Of a DNA stretch of 64,000 nt, positions 24,471 to 37,362 are shown piece by piece. The position numbers and the translations under genes are program-made. The notes beneath the pieces were generated by a model that was not told the DNA's origin, did no database searches, and saw only the letters and a program-made list of their open reading frames with translations. The stretch is taken from assembly GCA_052327205.1 (NCBI GenBank), contig CM126234.1, forward strand, positions 29,388,001 through 29,452,000. Reading direction: 5' to 3'. Position 1 is the first letter of the stretch. Each line of letters opens with the position of its first letter. This DNA is from Somniosus microcephalus. Lineage: Eukaryota.

Positions 24471-26097
24471 AAAAGCAAAATCTGTTTTTACTATAGAGCT
24501 GAAATAATTCAAACAAAAGGAAGGAAGATAGAGTATTTGGCATATTGAACAGAAGTTGTTTGGAGCCTGGATTTATGTTTTAAGCAGCTGGGTATATATA
24601 ACCTGGGTCATATCCAAGGGCTTTGGCATGAAGATCATGTAATAGGAAACTTTACAATACAAAGCATTGGTTTTGACTTTATTTATTTTGTGCGAGGGAA
24701 ATTCCTTTCTCACTGAGATCATTATTGTCAAAATATCAAATTGGTTTTGTTTTAAATTATATATAGGAACCTACAGTACAAATTCACTAGGGTTCATTGT
24801 ACATTGATCTGTTCTGTTCCAGTGTATAGCTCTGTGACTGTCTGAGGATTTGCAGTTTTGCTGGTGTGATCCTGTAGGAGTCTTACAGGATTGTGGAGGC
24901 TATCTTATGAGGTCCTCTTAGATCATCTGTAAATTCCAGAGGATTTGTACTAAACCCTAGGACATTTTCAAAGCTCTGTGGTAATTTTGGTATGAGCAGT
25001 AGCTGGTTTAAGAATTTGGTGGAAGACGGACATTTTATTACAGATCAATTCAGAGAAATCAGTTTTTAAACATGGACCTGGATGGAACACTCACACATCT
25101 GATAAGTAACTAGTCAGTATATTGGACAACCTTCACCCCATATAGAGGCTCACTGTGAGACAGGTCTGTGATATCCTGGCTGGGGTTGGCTTTACTCTGA
25201 ACACACATTCCAAAAAGAAAGCTCAGACTAAGTCTGTTTTACATTTCTTTCTTTTAATAGTTTGGTTAAAAATTGTCCTTGAGTGCATTTCCTCGCATGC
25301 CTGAAACCCACTGTGGATTAAAATCGACCCCAGTGTGTTAACTCATTACACTACCCAGTCCCTCCAAGAATCCATCCAGTTTTATTCTGGAGTTCCACAT
25401 GTAATGTGTGCCCCAGCAAGAGACATAAGTAAGACAAATGAGAACCAGTCCAGTTCATGATCTGTTTTGATGCATTTCATGTGTGAATGTGTCAGAAATT
25501 GAAGCAGAACAAGCAGACACAGATCTGTATCACTCCTGATTCCTGCTTTTGGAGAGAAAGCAAGGGAGAAACTTGGCCAAACTTTCCTTCAAGAGAATGA
25601 TTTGAGTAAGATAGAGTCAATTATAGGGTAAATTGAATATGGTCCATGGGAGGAAGAAGGCAGAAGGGCCAAATTACCTTTTCTCATACATGCTCTCTCG
25701 TGTTCTTAATGGGGAAAGGTTTCTTAAAGTGGCTCAGCAACGCCCTCGGTTTGTGCAATGCAGTACACCGTAATTGGGCAGGTTCTGAATACAATTCCAT
25801 TTCGTGAATTCCCAGTAATGCTCGACTGAGGAAAATGCTCGACTGAGCTGTGCTTTGATTTCTGAAACATTTGCGGACAAAACAAATTGGATCTGAGGAA
25901 CGTGCTTCTCCTAGGAGAATGAGGGAAAATCAAAGAGTGAGTCAATCCTCACTACCCTTGCACACCCCCTAATGCCTGACTCCAGAACTGCAATGGGCAA
26001 AGCCCTGGTCTGGGGTAGCCTGTCCATTTTCTTAGAGAATAGCAGGGAGACATAAGAGGGGAAGAAGATAACCTGAGAGATTGTTTAATCCCACTGA

Positions 26098-26304
<207 letters not shown>

Positions 26305-26967
26305 GCAAAGGCGCCTTTGTGTCCTTTTGCAGACCAACCAGGGAGGAATGTGTTTAGTGTCGATCAGAAGGTCTAATGGAGCACAGAATTTAGCAACCCC
26401 CCACCAACCCCTAAATGTTCAATAGATAAATGAGAAGATTCTTTTGCAATTTTATTTCTCACTTCACAATGAGTAGATTTGTTTTTATTTTAGCACTCGT
26501 ATCAATTGATCCATTAACATATTCTGACCTTTTGACTGAATGTGAGAGCAGTAAGTAGCATTACTGTGATGAGCAAAGGCAATGGCGCTAAAAATAACCA
26601 AACAGTATTTAAAAATCCAGAGGGTTAAATAATGAGTGAACGCCAATTAACTAACACGTCACAATCTGACTTTAAGGCAAGTATATGCGCCAGATGCATA
26701 TTTGTCATTCACTTCAATCAAATTTTCAACCTAGCAGTATTTTGACAGGTAATGGCTCCATTATTTAACCTAAAGAACAAAAAGTCCCAAATCCTGGTCC
26801 TGCTCCTTAAATTTTGCGTCCTGCTTGATATGTGTCATGTTCCACTGGATGATGTCATGCTTGTATCAATAATGGAAAGAGCCTGGCTGTCAATCAACTT
26901 GTGACATCATCAGTGGAACAGCCTACTGAGAATAGGGGCAGCAATATAAACTTGGTAAGAAAACTCA

Positions 26968-27200
26968 AGGCCCCATCTCCCTGTTTCAATGGTTCAGGTG
27001 GATGGTAAAGATCCCATGGCACTATTTCCTCCCTCAGCCAACTACCACCAAAAACCGATTAACTGGTCAATCATCTCATTGCTGTTTGTGGGATCTTGCT
27101 GTGCGCAAAATGGCTGCCGCATTTGCCTACGTACCAACAGTCACTGCATTTCAAAGAAGCTCATTGTGATAAGGCGCTATATTAATGCAAGTCTCTCTCT
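26968..27200 (+). mobile_element. Internally deleted Deu-SINE inside the candidate 3' UTR
   Basis: ctcattgctgtttgtgggatcttgctgtgcgcaaaatggctgccgc...aaggcgctatattaatgcaagt. Confidence 0.8.
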
Positions 27201-27221
27201 CTCTCGCTTTCTTTCTTTCTT

Positions 27222-27460
27222 ACCTAATTTAAATGGTGCAGTTTTTCCAGGTCTAATGATTGACACTCCCAGCAACCACCAAGGTCAAATTTAGGAAATG
27301 TCTGTCCTTATTACTGGCTGCGCCCTGTTGTTAACGCCACTTAATATGCAAAATAAATAAGGGTCCACTAGTTGTCAGAGTGAAAATGTTTGCTCTCAGT
27401 AGTTCGGTTGGGGATTCACCTCCTGCGGGTCACCAGTTTTGGTCTTACCTTTATCTCGCA
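27222..27460 (+). repeat. Diverged duplicate segment, copy 1 (copy 2 at 31378-31592)
   Basis: Colinear blocks ccagcarccaccaaggtcaa, an identical 22-mer taatatgcaaaataaataaggg, tcagtag..ggytgggga and ccagttytggtcttrcctttatct. Confidence 0.8.
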
Positions 27461-28904
27461 CACCTGCACAACCCCCTCACCAGACCATCACATCCACTCT
27501 GTTTTAGGTGCTGTGAAGTCACATCACAGAAGTCAGCTTCTGTTCATCAGTAAGATGATTTGTTTCCATCCTTGACATCGTTGAATACCTCGTCAGTGAA
27601 CCAATAAAGGGAGGAAAGTTCTGACAGAAAGAAGAAATACTGGGGTATATGTTCTGACCAGCACTGCTCCCATACAAACACTTAACATGCTTGTACTAAA
27701 TTACTCTGTGGGCTTTTTAAATCCAAGTGCACACAGAAATTTTGTACAAACACGGTGAGCATTTGTATAGAGATATTTGTAGGAGAAAACTCCTAACTAA
27801 GCAAGAGAAACCTAGTCTGACCAAACCTGGCTGAAGACAGAATTTGGCAACAGCTGGTGATACCAAAACCCCTGCAACAGCTGCAGGATGGGAAGTGGTC
27901 TGTTAGTGCTTCTTTCTGCTTGGAATTTCTGTCCAATTGTTCACTGACAGTATGGGCATTGTTAATTACTATTGTCAGAAGGATTGCAGATTGTCATTCT
28001 TACTGACCTCCACATGTTTTGCCTGTATGGCTTACCCAGAAAGCCACACAGATCTGCAATGTTACTGACTGGGGCGCTATACATGTAAGTGTTAAAGACG
28101 CTTAATTTGACGACTAGTGGCATTCTAGTTGCCAAAATTGATTTTGCACTTGTTTCTGCCATTTGCACACATCGACGAGTTTATCAATTGAAATTCTTTG
28201 TTGATGAAGATATTAATTGTTGAGAAACGTCTTCTAATTTTGAGCTCGCGTCCCATGAAGTGCAAGGTTGCTAGCGATTAATTCTGTGAAAAATACGGCA
28301 AGACAAGAACATCACTATTTGAGGCCTCGAATGACATCTGTTGGTCTTTACATGAATACCAAACCACAAGAACCCAATACTTTTGTTGGCTGATTCTGTT
28401 AACAAGTACACCACCTAGTTTTAGCACTGTGCCAAATTAACTTAGAATTTTAGGTGTCCCCCTTGCAAATTCTGCACAGATAGACATTCAAAGTGCCAAA
28501 ACCATTTGACAAACTATTTAACACAAGGGTTCATCACAAGATGCCACCTTCATGTAAATAGGGCCTTTGTGATTGAACTGAAAGGAAGCAAGTTCGCCAT
28601 GCACGCTGAGTAAAGACTGATTTGTACTGTGCGCATATCACTCATAATAGCATAAGCACTGTAAGCCATTTTGTACAGAAGATGTACACTCTTTGCACAA
28701 GATTCACATGGTTTCTCTATCCATCTGAAATACTCGACAAATGAATTCCAGCTTCTCCTGTCACAGATTGCCCTATTCTCAAATAGTATCTCCTCCCTGA
28801 TGGTGGCTGTTCAGCTTACCCACTTTTTTTCATGGTTTAGGAGCTGATGATGTGCAGAAGCAGTGCAGTGCCTGATATGAATAAACTGTCAGCTTTTATC
28901 CAGT

Positions 28905-29885
28905 GCATCACTGAGTATATGGGCTGATGGCGCCAGTCACTTCAAACCTGGGGTGAACGTTGACGCTCTCTTTGCTAGCTGCAAGGATCCTAAGTGAAAT
29001 GAGTTTGGACAGTCTCAACCCAAGTACAGGGTAATTCCTTCTAACAAAAAAAACAAATGAATTTGTCTAATAAAATGATTAAGGAGAAATAGCTTTAGTG
29101 TGCCCACCCCATAGTCCTCTTGTATTGTTTTGCCACCCATCTGTGATAGTGAAGTCATTCCTGGTTTGGCCTCTTTTTTTTGACAACTCCACCCTCCCCC
29201 TGCTCCAGCACAGCACGAAAGGTGCAAAAATGGTTGATATTTACCCCTATTGTCAACCTCATCTGTTGGCTTCTAAAGACATACGACAATAATGTGACAA
29301 TAAGTAACTCTCTCCTCAGTGGTAGCCTGTAACTATGGCTATGTAGGAGGATCAAACAGGTAGACCTATATTGGATCCAAATGCTCAGTGTTCATGCTGC
29401 CACAAATCCGAGCTCAGCCATAACAGGTTAGAACATACGAACATAATAATTAGGAGCAGGAGTAGGCCATACGGCCCCTCGAGCCATTCAATAAGATCAT
29501 GGCTGATCTTCAACCTCAACTCCACTTTCCCGCCCAATTCCCATATCCCTTGATTCCCCTAGAGTCCAAAAATCTAATAAGAACATAAGAATTAGGAGCA
29601 GGAGTAGGCCATACAGTTAAACAGTAACATGCTTGGATTGTCTTCCTCTATACTGGATGTGGATTGGATGGTGAAGCGAATTAAAACATTATCCTTTCAT
29701 CTCTGAGAAATGGACAAATCCAGCCTGAATTGATGGCATGAACAATGTCCTCCCTCTCTCTCTCCACTAGCTGTCAGAGTCCTAACTGAATTAAGTTTGT
29801 GCAGTCTCAATTGAGTTCCTGATGGGTGCAACTGCATAGCACAAACTGCCCGGAATTTGGCCCTAAATTGGTCGTCTCACAGTAT
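28905..29885 (+). mobile_element. Two degenerate LF-SINE-like 5' fragments (about 28905-29030 and 29670-29885)
   Basis: cctaagtgaaatgagtttggacagtctca; cctttcatctctg..caaatccagcc..cagtctcaattgagttcct. Confidence 0.45.
29430..29614 (-). mobile_element. Two tandem CR1/HER1 3' tails
   Basis: aattaggagcaggagtaggccatac occurs twice, in 29430-29577 and 29578-29614. Confidence 0.85.
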
Positions 29886-29984
29886 CCATAAGGATAGCTG
29901 GTGTGTGCACTGGGTGCTTTCTGAGGTCGAGCTTGAAGCACATTGTTAGAAAAAGTAGTGGTTTTAGCTGATACTAAGAATAAC

Positions 29985-30580
29985 ATAGACTTGTCACTTT
30001 CAATGGTGAGACAATATGGACAAGCAATTAAAAAAGCAAATAGAATGTTGGGGTACATAGCCAGAATGGTGGAGTATAAGTCTTGAGAGGTTCTACTGGG
30101 AGTTTATCATGCACTGGGCAAACATCACTTGGAGTGCAGTTTACAATTGTGGTCACCATGCCTCAAGAAGGACATACGTGCATTAGAAAGAAGAAACGGA
30201 GAAAGTCGACAAGAATGATCCCGAGTGTAATGGGGATGAACGATAAGGAAAGATTAGAGAAGCTTGACCTGTACAGTCTAGAGAGAATAAGGTTAAGGGG
30301 CGACCTCATTGAGGTATATAAAATATTAAATTTAATAGATAAGGTGAACCCAGTCAGGCCAGTATGATTTAAATTAGTGAAAAGTGAACTAAAAACAGAT
30401 ATTGGGGGGAAAGGTATTTAGTCAAGAGGTGATAAATGTTTGGAATAATCTACCAGATAAAGTATATAGATTCAAAAACATTAGGCTAGTTCAAGATGGA
30501 TTTGGAAGCTGAGGTGTGTTGGTGTACTAAAGAGTTGAGATTAATCGACTGAATGGCCTTTTCTCATTCTAGACTTTTTC
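29985..30580 (+). mobile_element. Degenerate CR1 LINE 3' fragment
   Basis: ERLEKLDLYSLERIRLRGDLIEVYKIL in ORF 30083-30367; tail gactgaatggccttttctc. Confidence 0.8.
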
Positions 30581-30899
30581 TTATTTTGTTACAATTTGGG
30601 AATGCTGAATATTGACACTGGGTGAAAATGAAGGAAATGTTCCATTCCCCAAGACTGACTTCCCTGATGTAATGAGCACAAAATTCACAACAAATGTTTT
30701 GCTTTTAATGCAGGAACTGTAATGTTGAAGTGTATATGGAAGGTGTACACCACTTGTACAGGAGATGTACATGATTTATGTAGCCACTGTATCCATTTGA
30801 CAAGCTAGACAAATGGACGCCAGCTCCCTCATTGTCAAATCAACTTGCTCCCCCCAGCAAACATTGTCTTCTTCATTAACAGTGCTCTCTTGCTCTCAA

Positions 30900-31350
30900 G
30901 TGTCAGCTTGGCTCAGTTGGTAGCACTCTCACTTGAATCAGAAATTTATGGGTTCAAATTCCAATCCAGCAGTTGAGTACCTAATCTAGGCTGCCACCCC
31001 AGTGCAGTATTGAGGGAGTGGTGCAATGTCAGAGGTTCCATTCTTAAACCAAGATGTTAAACCAAGGTCCTGTTCAACTAGTTAATAAAGTTCCCATTGG
31101 CACCATTCAGAGAAAAACAGGGAGTTCTCCCAGTGTCTCAGCTTATATTCCTTCCTTAACCAACACCACCAAAAACAGATTAACTGGTGAATCATTTCAC
31201 TGCTGTTTGTGGGATCTTGCTGTGTGCAAAATGGCTGCCACCTTTGCCTACATAGTAACAGTCTCTTTACTTCAACATAATGTTGTATATGAAGCATTTA
31301 GAGATGTGTGTGGAAAATGTGATAAGGCACTATATCAATGCAAGTCCTTT
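30900..31350 (+). mobile_element. Near full-length Deu-SINE (SacSINE1-like)
   Basis: tRNA head with A box tggctcagttgg and B box ggttcaaattcc, then the Deu domain and the L2-type tail. Confidence 0.85.
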
Positions 31351-31377
31351 TTGCACATCAAACCCTTTGAACATCTC

Positions 31378-31592
31378 ACCTAAACAGTACAATTTCTCCA
31401 ATTCTATCGGTGCTGCCAGCAGCCACCAAGGTCAAGTTTGCGAGACCTTGTTACTGGTTTCACTCTAATATGCAAAATAAATAAGGGATTCAACAGGTAT
31501 CAGAATAAAAAAGTATGTTGTCAGTAGCTAGGCTGGGGAATTACTTCCTATAGGTTCCACCACCCCAGTTCTGGTCTTGCCTTTATCTTGTG
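31378..31592 (+). repeat. Diverged duplicate segment, copy 2
   Basis: See 27222-27460; the 22-mer is at 31466-31487. Confidence 0.8.
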
Positions 31593-31604
31593 TATTAACA
31601 TTTT

Positions 31605-31835
31605 GACAATGAGTTAAAGATCCCTTGGCACTATTGGAAGAAGTGCAGGAAGTTCTCCCAGTGTCCTAGCCAACATTCCTCCCTCAACCAACACCATGAG
31701 ATTAACTGGTCATGCATCTCATTACTGCTTGTGAGATCTTGCTGTGCGCAAAATGGCTGCTGCATATGCTTGTCTGTGAAATATTTTGAAATGTTTCTGA
31801 GAGATGTGATAAGGCGCCATATAAATGCAAGACAT
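31605..31835 (+). mobile_element. Deu-SINE 3' half
   Basis: gatcccttggcactattggaagaag...ttgctgtgcgcaaaatggctgc...aaggcgccatataaatgcaag. Confidence 0.8.
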
Positions 31836-33010
31836 TTTGTTTTTCTCTCTCAAACGCCAGCTCCTCTGCAGTGGCTACACAGTTTAGAGCATGCATATAT
31901 ACAGGAGACAACACTGGACCTGCACAAACCATACAGTATGAGTACTTACCTTTTACCTGATGTGCACTGTCCACTGGTACTCATGATATGGCTTGAGGGC
32001 CACTTATCACCCACCTACCCTGTGACCCCAGGCAGACATTACTTCTTAATGTGTTTCAATATTGCCATTCTCGGCCTGCTCCACTGTGGCATGTTGACAA
32101 AGCTGGATTTCAGTGTCATTCCCACTCCCTTTCTTGCTCTCCAGCAAGAGAAAGTAAAAGGACGCTATCAGCATTCAAACTATCTCCCATCATGCTGTAG
32201 TGCAGTGTGTTGGAGACTGTTTGGAAGTGGCCCTTGAATAAGACACTGCTTGGCATTGAGTAATACCGGTAACTGTAAATTGTGACTTTAGCGTTTACCT
32301 TTATTTAACTAACTGAATCAAAGACACAAGTCAGTGCAGTACAAGGTCTTGCAAAGGATATAATTGACTATGGAAGTGAAGCAGAGATTGGACTACTACC
32401 TATCATTCACTGACCACTGTCTGGGAACTAGAATTTCTTAGACGTTAGTGACTTTCATTTCACTTTTTTAGTGATTGCTTTAGTATTATATTGCTGACAC
32501 ATCCCGTGATGTAGGACCTCTGCGGGTTCTGGCCTCTTTTGAATGGTGAACCATATGAAAGGTTCAGCGGTCGCCAGGTGATACAAAATTATTGCCATTG
32601 CTCTTGGGCTCCACCTTCACAGCGCTTGATGTATTACTAAACTTCCAGCTTCATTATTCCACAGTGAAGCAGCAAATTAATCACAAGTGCTGATTAAAGT
32701 CCACCGTTTCTGCGAGTGATTGATTTGTGGGGTTTTGTTGTTCTGCTTGGATCGCCACAACCCAGCTCCCCTGTGAACAGAGATGGTCATTAGTAAGCAG
32801 AGCAGCTTGAGGAGGAGTGCGGCTCAAGTAGTGCGACGCGAACAAAGTATTGTAAATTGTCATTGCAGCAAATCTACTCTAACCACAGGAGGGGAGCTGG
32901 TCAATGCACTCTACAATGATGACGTGATAACGCAACCATTTTTTTGCTCGTTTGACAAACAAGTGGAATTTACGTTAAGAAATTAGCAAGGTGTCTGATT
33001 GTTACTTAAA

Positions 33011-33376
33011 ATCACAGAATCATACAGCACAGGAGGCCATTCGGCCCATCGTGCCTGCTCTTTGAAAGAGCGATCCAATTAGTCCCACTCCCCTGCCTTT
33101 TCCCCAATAGCCCTGCAAATTCTTTCACCTTCAAGTATTTATTCAATTCCTTTTTCAAAGTTACTATTGAACCTGCTCCCACCACCCTTTCAGGCAATGC
33201 ATTCCAGATCATAACAACTCTCTGCCTAAAAGAAATTCTCCTCCTCTCCCCTCTGGCTCTTTTGCCAATACCTTAAATCAGTGTCCTCTGGTTACCAACC
33301 CTCCTGCCAGTGGAAACTGTTTCTCCCTATCTACTCTATCTAAATGCAAGTCTTTCTTTTTCCTTTCTATCAAAAC
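33011..33376 (-). mobile_element. CR1 LINE 3' fragment
   Basis: IWNALPERVVGAGSIVTLKKELNKYL plus the tail; contains a 25-bp micro-insertion at 33341-33365. Confidence 0.88.
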
Positions 33377-34329
33377 TTAAGGAGGTAGAATTCTATCAGC
33401 ATCCCCAAATTGCTCTTTAGAGTATGTCTTCTTTATTTATGTTTCAAATATGTGGTTTCTAATGCCCTGTAGAAATTTAAATGAGCAATGTCTTCATGAA
33501 AAAGTGTTTGGCAAGATGTTTCTTTGCTTGGGGAGGAAGCGGAGCTGGAAGAGTGGTGTTTCATTTTCATCACATAAAGCCAAATGCACGTGATGTGTTT
33601 CAACATAATTGATAGCATTGCATACCTTTTAAAACTCCAGTGAGAAATTAGTTCAGGTAATGAAGCTTCAGCTCACAGATTCTCTCCCCCCCCCCCCCAG
33701 CAAGGCATTATGACATTATCATAGAGTGCCAGTGTCATCGGTTATGTTTATGTTCTTCTCCATTCAATATTGCAAACGATATTAAAAAGATGTTACGATT
33801 GGAAACCGCTTAGGCCTAGGCAGCTTTTAGAGTCTTATAAATGGTCTAAGTTTCCAAAGCCACTTCAAAGGGTTTTAAAACATGCTTTCAAGTCAAATAA
33901 TGAGGTATATTGTGGTATCTTTGTATGTCATTTTTCTCTCCATATTTATTCCTTTATTCTGGCAGAGCACCTCAGCCTAGAGGGCAGAATTTTTCAAGTT
34001 ACGGACTTTTCCTTAGACACTATCAGTGCAGCTCAGATCTGTATTGGCCAACAGGAGACGCCCTCCATGCTTTTCAGCATAGTTTTGTGTCCTTGATGGT
34101 TTTCTGGCTTCCTGACTTCACTGGTGTTGAACAGTCTGCCACCAAGAAGTGCTCCATCTAGTGGCCCAGCTGAGATCTGGTGTGTGTAAAGGTATCTTTT
34201 TAAAGTGGATTTATTTGGAATTCAAAAAGGTATTGCTCCAGGAGAGGAAGTTTGATCACATGGGTGTTGCAAAGACTGCAAAGATTGAACTTTTAACAGG
34301 ACAGGATACAAAAAAAGCTTCTCTGATAG

Positions 34330-35353
34330 ATGATGTGGAGTCAGGGGACAAGCAGAAGAATGGATAGCAAGCTGGCTACAAAGCAAAAAACAAAGAGTAG
34401 GGATTAAAGGTAGTTACTCAGATTGGGAAATGGTGGGAAGTGATGTTCCACAAGGACCGGTGCTGGGACCACTGTTGTTCACAATTTTCATTTGGACTGG
34501 GGAATTGGAAGTACAGTTTCAAAATTTGCGGATGACACCAAATTGGGGGTGTAGCTAATACAGAGGAGGACTGTGACAAAATACAAGAAGACATTAATAT
34601 ATATTGGCAAATGAACTTCAATATAGATAAATGTGAGGTAGTACATTTTGGTAGGAAGAATAAGGAGGCCACATACACCTTAGAAAATAAGTGTCTAAAT
34701 GGGACAGATGAACAGAGGGATCTGGGGGCAGATACACAAATCACTAAAAGTAGCAACACGGGTTAATAAGGCCATAAAAAAGCACTGGGGTTCATTTCTC
34801 GAGGGATAGAATTGGAAAGCAAAGCGGTTATGTTAAACTTGTATAGAACCTTGGTTAGACCACACTGGGAGCACTGTGCTCAGTTCTGGTCTCCATATTA
34901 TAAAAAGGATATAGAGGCACTGGAGAAGGTGCAAAAAAGATTTACCAGAATGATACCAGAACTGGGGCTTTTTTCTCTAGAAAAGAGAAGATTGAGAGGT
35001 GACCTGATAGCAGTCATTAAGATTATGAAAGGGTTTGATAGGGTAGATATAGAGAAGATGATTCCACTTGTGGGCGAGACCAGAACTAGGGGCCATAAAT
35101 ATCAGATAGTCACTAATAAATCCAATAGCGAATTCAAGAGAAACTTCTTTACCCAGAGAGTGGTTAGAATGTGGAACTCGCTACCACAGGGAGTAGTTGA
35201 GGCGAATGGCAAAGATGCGTTTAAGGGGAAGCTAGATAAACACACGAGAGAGAAAGGAATAGAAGGGTTTGTTGATCAGGTGGGCGGAGGCTCGTGTGGA
35301 GCATGGCCCATTTAGGCCGAATGGCCTGTTTCTGTGCTGTTAATACTTTGTAA
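34330..35353 (+). mobile_element. CR1 LINE, about 1 kb 3' fragment (RT pseudogene)
   Basis: KFADDTKLGG and ORF 34812-35315 LYRTLVRPHWEHCAQFWSP...FFTQRVVRMWNSLP; tail ggccgaatggcctgtttctgtgctgt. Confidence 0.93.
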
Positions 35354-37249
35354 TGGTTCCTCTATCACTTCCAGCATCCAACATCTCTCTCTGGGTGTTT
35401 CTGTCTGTCATGCCTGTCTCTTATCAATGTGACTATGAAAGCCCTTCTCAGCTTCAAATACATCATCCTCTATCCCTTGTGTTAAAACCGAGACTCATCC
35501 CAGTCCCCTACACTAACCCATTCTTTCCTAGGACCTCAACGCTGTAGAACTCTTTTTCCTCCTCAGTATGTCCTTCCTCAGAGGGTTTTTGAACCCAGGC
35601 TCGGTCTCACCTAATCACTACTTCCTGATTTACCTTGCTTTCTCTTTCTCTGTTCCACCTCGGTGCTGTCCTGCACTATGAGCTTTTGCCCTTCACCTTG
35701 AGTTCTGAACAATAAAAAAAATACTGGCTTGGTCCTGGCATATACAAATTTTGCACTGGTACAAGTCTGGTAGTAGTTCATGGTAGAGATTTGGTAGTGT
35801 GACCTTCAGTAATAGACTGAGCTGCTGTAGGTATATACAGAACCAGTACTTGTGGTCCTGTCCTGGCACACCTCTGGGACTAGTATTTGCAATATCTGCT
35901 ACAGGTCTAATACTGGTACCTGCAATTCCTCAATATCAGTCCTAACTCGACGTAACTACTACATTTCTTTAATTATAAGGGCAAATTCACCAATCTCTCA
36001 GTCCTGACAGAGAGCCATGCTCAAGGGGAGTGCGGCTTGGAGATGAGGCTACAACACAGTAGGTCAGTTCTCTGATCCACGTTCCCTTTGAATGTGGCTC
36101 CTCACTAGGGGGGTGGAATTGGTGAATTTATCTTATAACCACTTACTTCCTCATTCTTCTCGGTTTTGGTTTCAGCCTTGTGGGTATGAAGGGGCAAAAT
36201 ACAAATACAGGAATGAAGGGGAAAATGTATAGTTGGCAGCGGTAGTCTGTTTGTGATGTAACCTAGCATTTTCATTTTATCAGCTGCCCAAAAATATCAG
36301 TGCCGTGCATTTCTACCTAGGCAGTGGAGCATTTTGTTTGAAAATTCTTGTGTCAGTATACAATTCCTGTAGGGAACGTGATCCCAGTGGACTTTTTGCT
36401 GTTGTCCCCTATTGGTTGCCCAGACAAGAAAGTGATGAGAACCAGGAAGTGGCAGGAGCAGGCAGTCATCCTGCTATGATGCGAGTCGTTCTTGGGACAA
36501 ACATTGAAGACTAGTCATTAAAATCACTGTTAAGTGAGTTGTTCACTCCCTGTGATGACTGCTCAGTAGGGACTGGAGCACTTTACCCAACTAGAGGAAG
36601 CTATAAACACGTACTAAAGTTGCACAAGGAGACAATTGGCAATAAAACGCTTGTGTTCAAAAGGAAAAATGACAGGAAGTCAATAACTAATGATATAAAA
36701 AACTCTGTTATTAGATCAAAATGAATAGGAACTTATTGAAAAGAAACGAGACGATCTGGAGATGTGAGTGAGAGAGGACAATTGGCTGGAGTTGTATTTC
36801 ATTGAATGATGATGTAAGAAAGTGTAAGTTTCAGCAAATCCAAGATTTCTTAAAAATTAAAAGAATTGCTTTTTTTTGCTATTACTCTCTGATTCGTCTG
36901 ACTTTGTAGCAGCCTTTCTGATGTAGAGTGAGACTATGTATAGCTGTGGGCTGGCTGTATTTTCCCTGGGCCACACTGAGTGCATCTACTACCTGGCTAC
37001 GGTCCCAAGCAAGCGCAAAACCACCTTTTCGCCCAGATTGCTGCGGCAGCCCCTCTTTTAGCACACGCACCAGTAAATTCACATCTGCGTGTAAGGAAAT
37101 AGAGTGGAGGGGAAACGCAATGGGGGACTTCCCTCGCCTGGTAGCCTCAGTACAGTTAAGGCCCCATCGGTAGCCATTTTGGGGGGGCAGAAAGAAAGCA
37201 AACTCTTGTATCGATCAGGGCAAGAATACAGCAACCAAAAAGAATGTTT

Positions 37250-37362
37250 GAAAAAATCTGCAAGTGCTGGAATTCTGAAATAAAAAACAGAAAATGCTGA
37301 AGTACACAGCAGGTCTGACAAAAGGCACATTAAAGCTTTGGATAGAGACCCTTCATCAGAAC
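37250..37362 (-). mobile_element. Penelope-like terminal fragment
   Basis: gctggaattctgaaataaaaaacagaaaatgctg...gacccttcatcagaac. Confidence 0.6.

Larger units (their letters stand above)
26305..28885 (+). other. Candidate 3' UTR of the C1QL gene
   Basis: Follows the stop codon. AATAAA at 27352, 27603, 28880 and 29069. The stretch 27500-28900 has no recognisable repeats and carries UTR-type motifs (TGTAAATA at 28553, miRNA seeds). True 3' end unknown. Confidence 0.5.
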
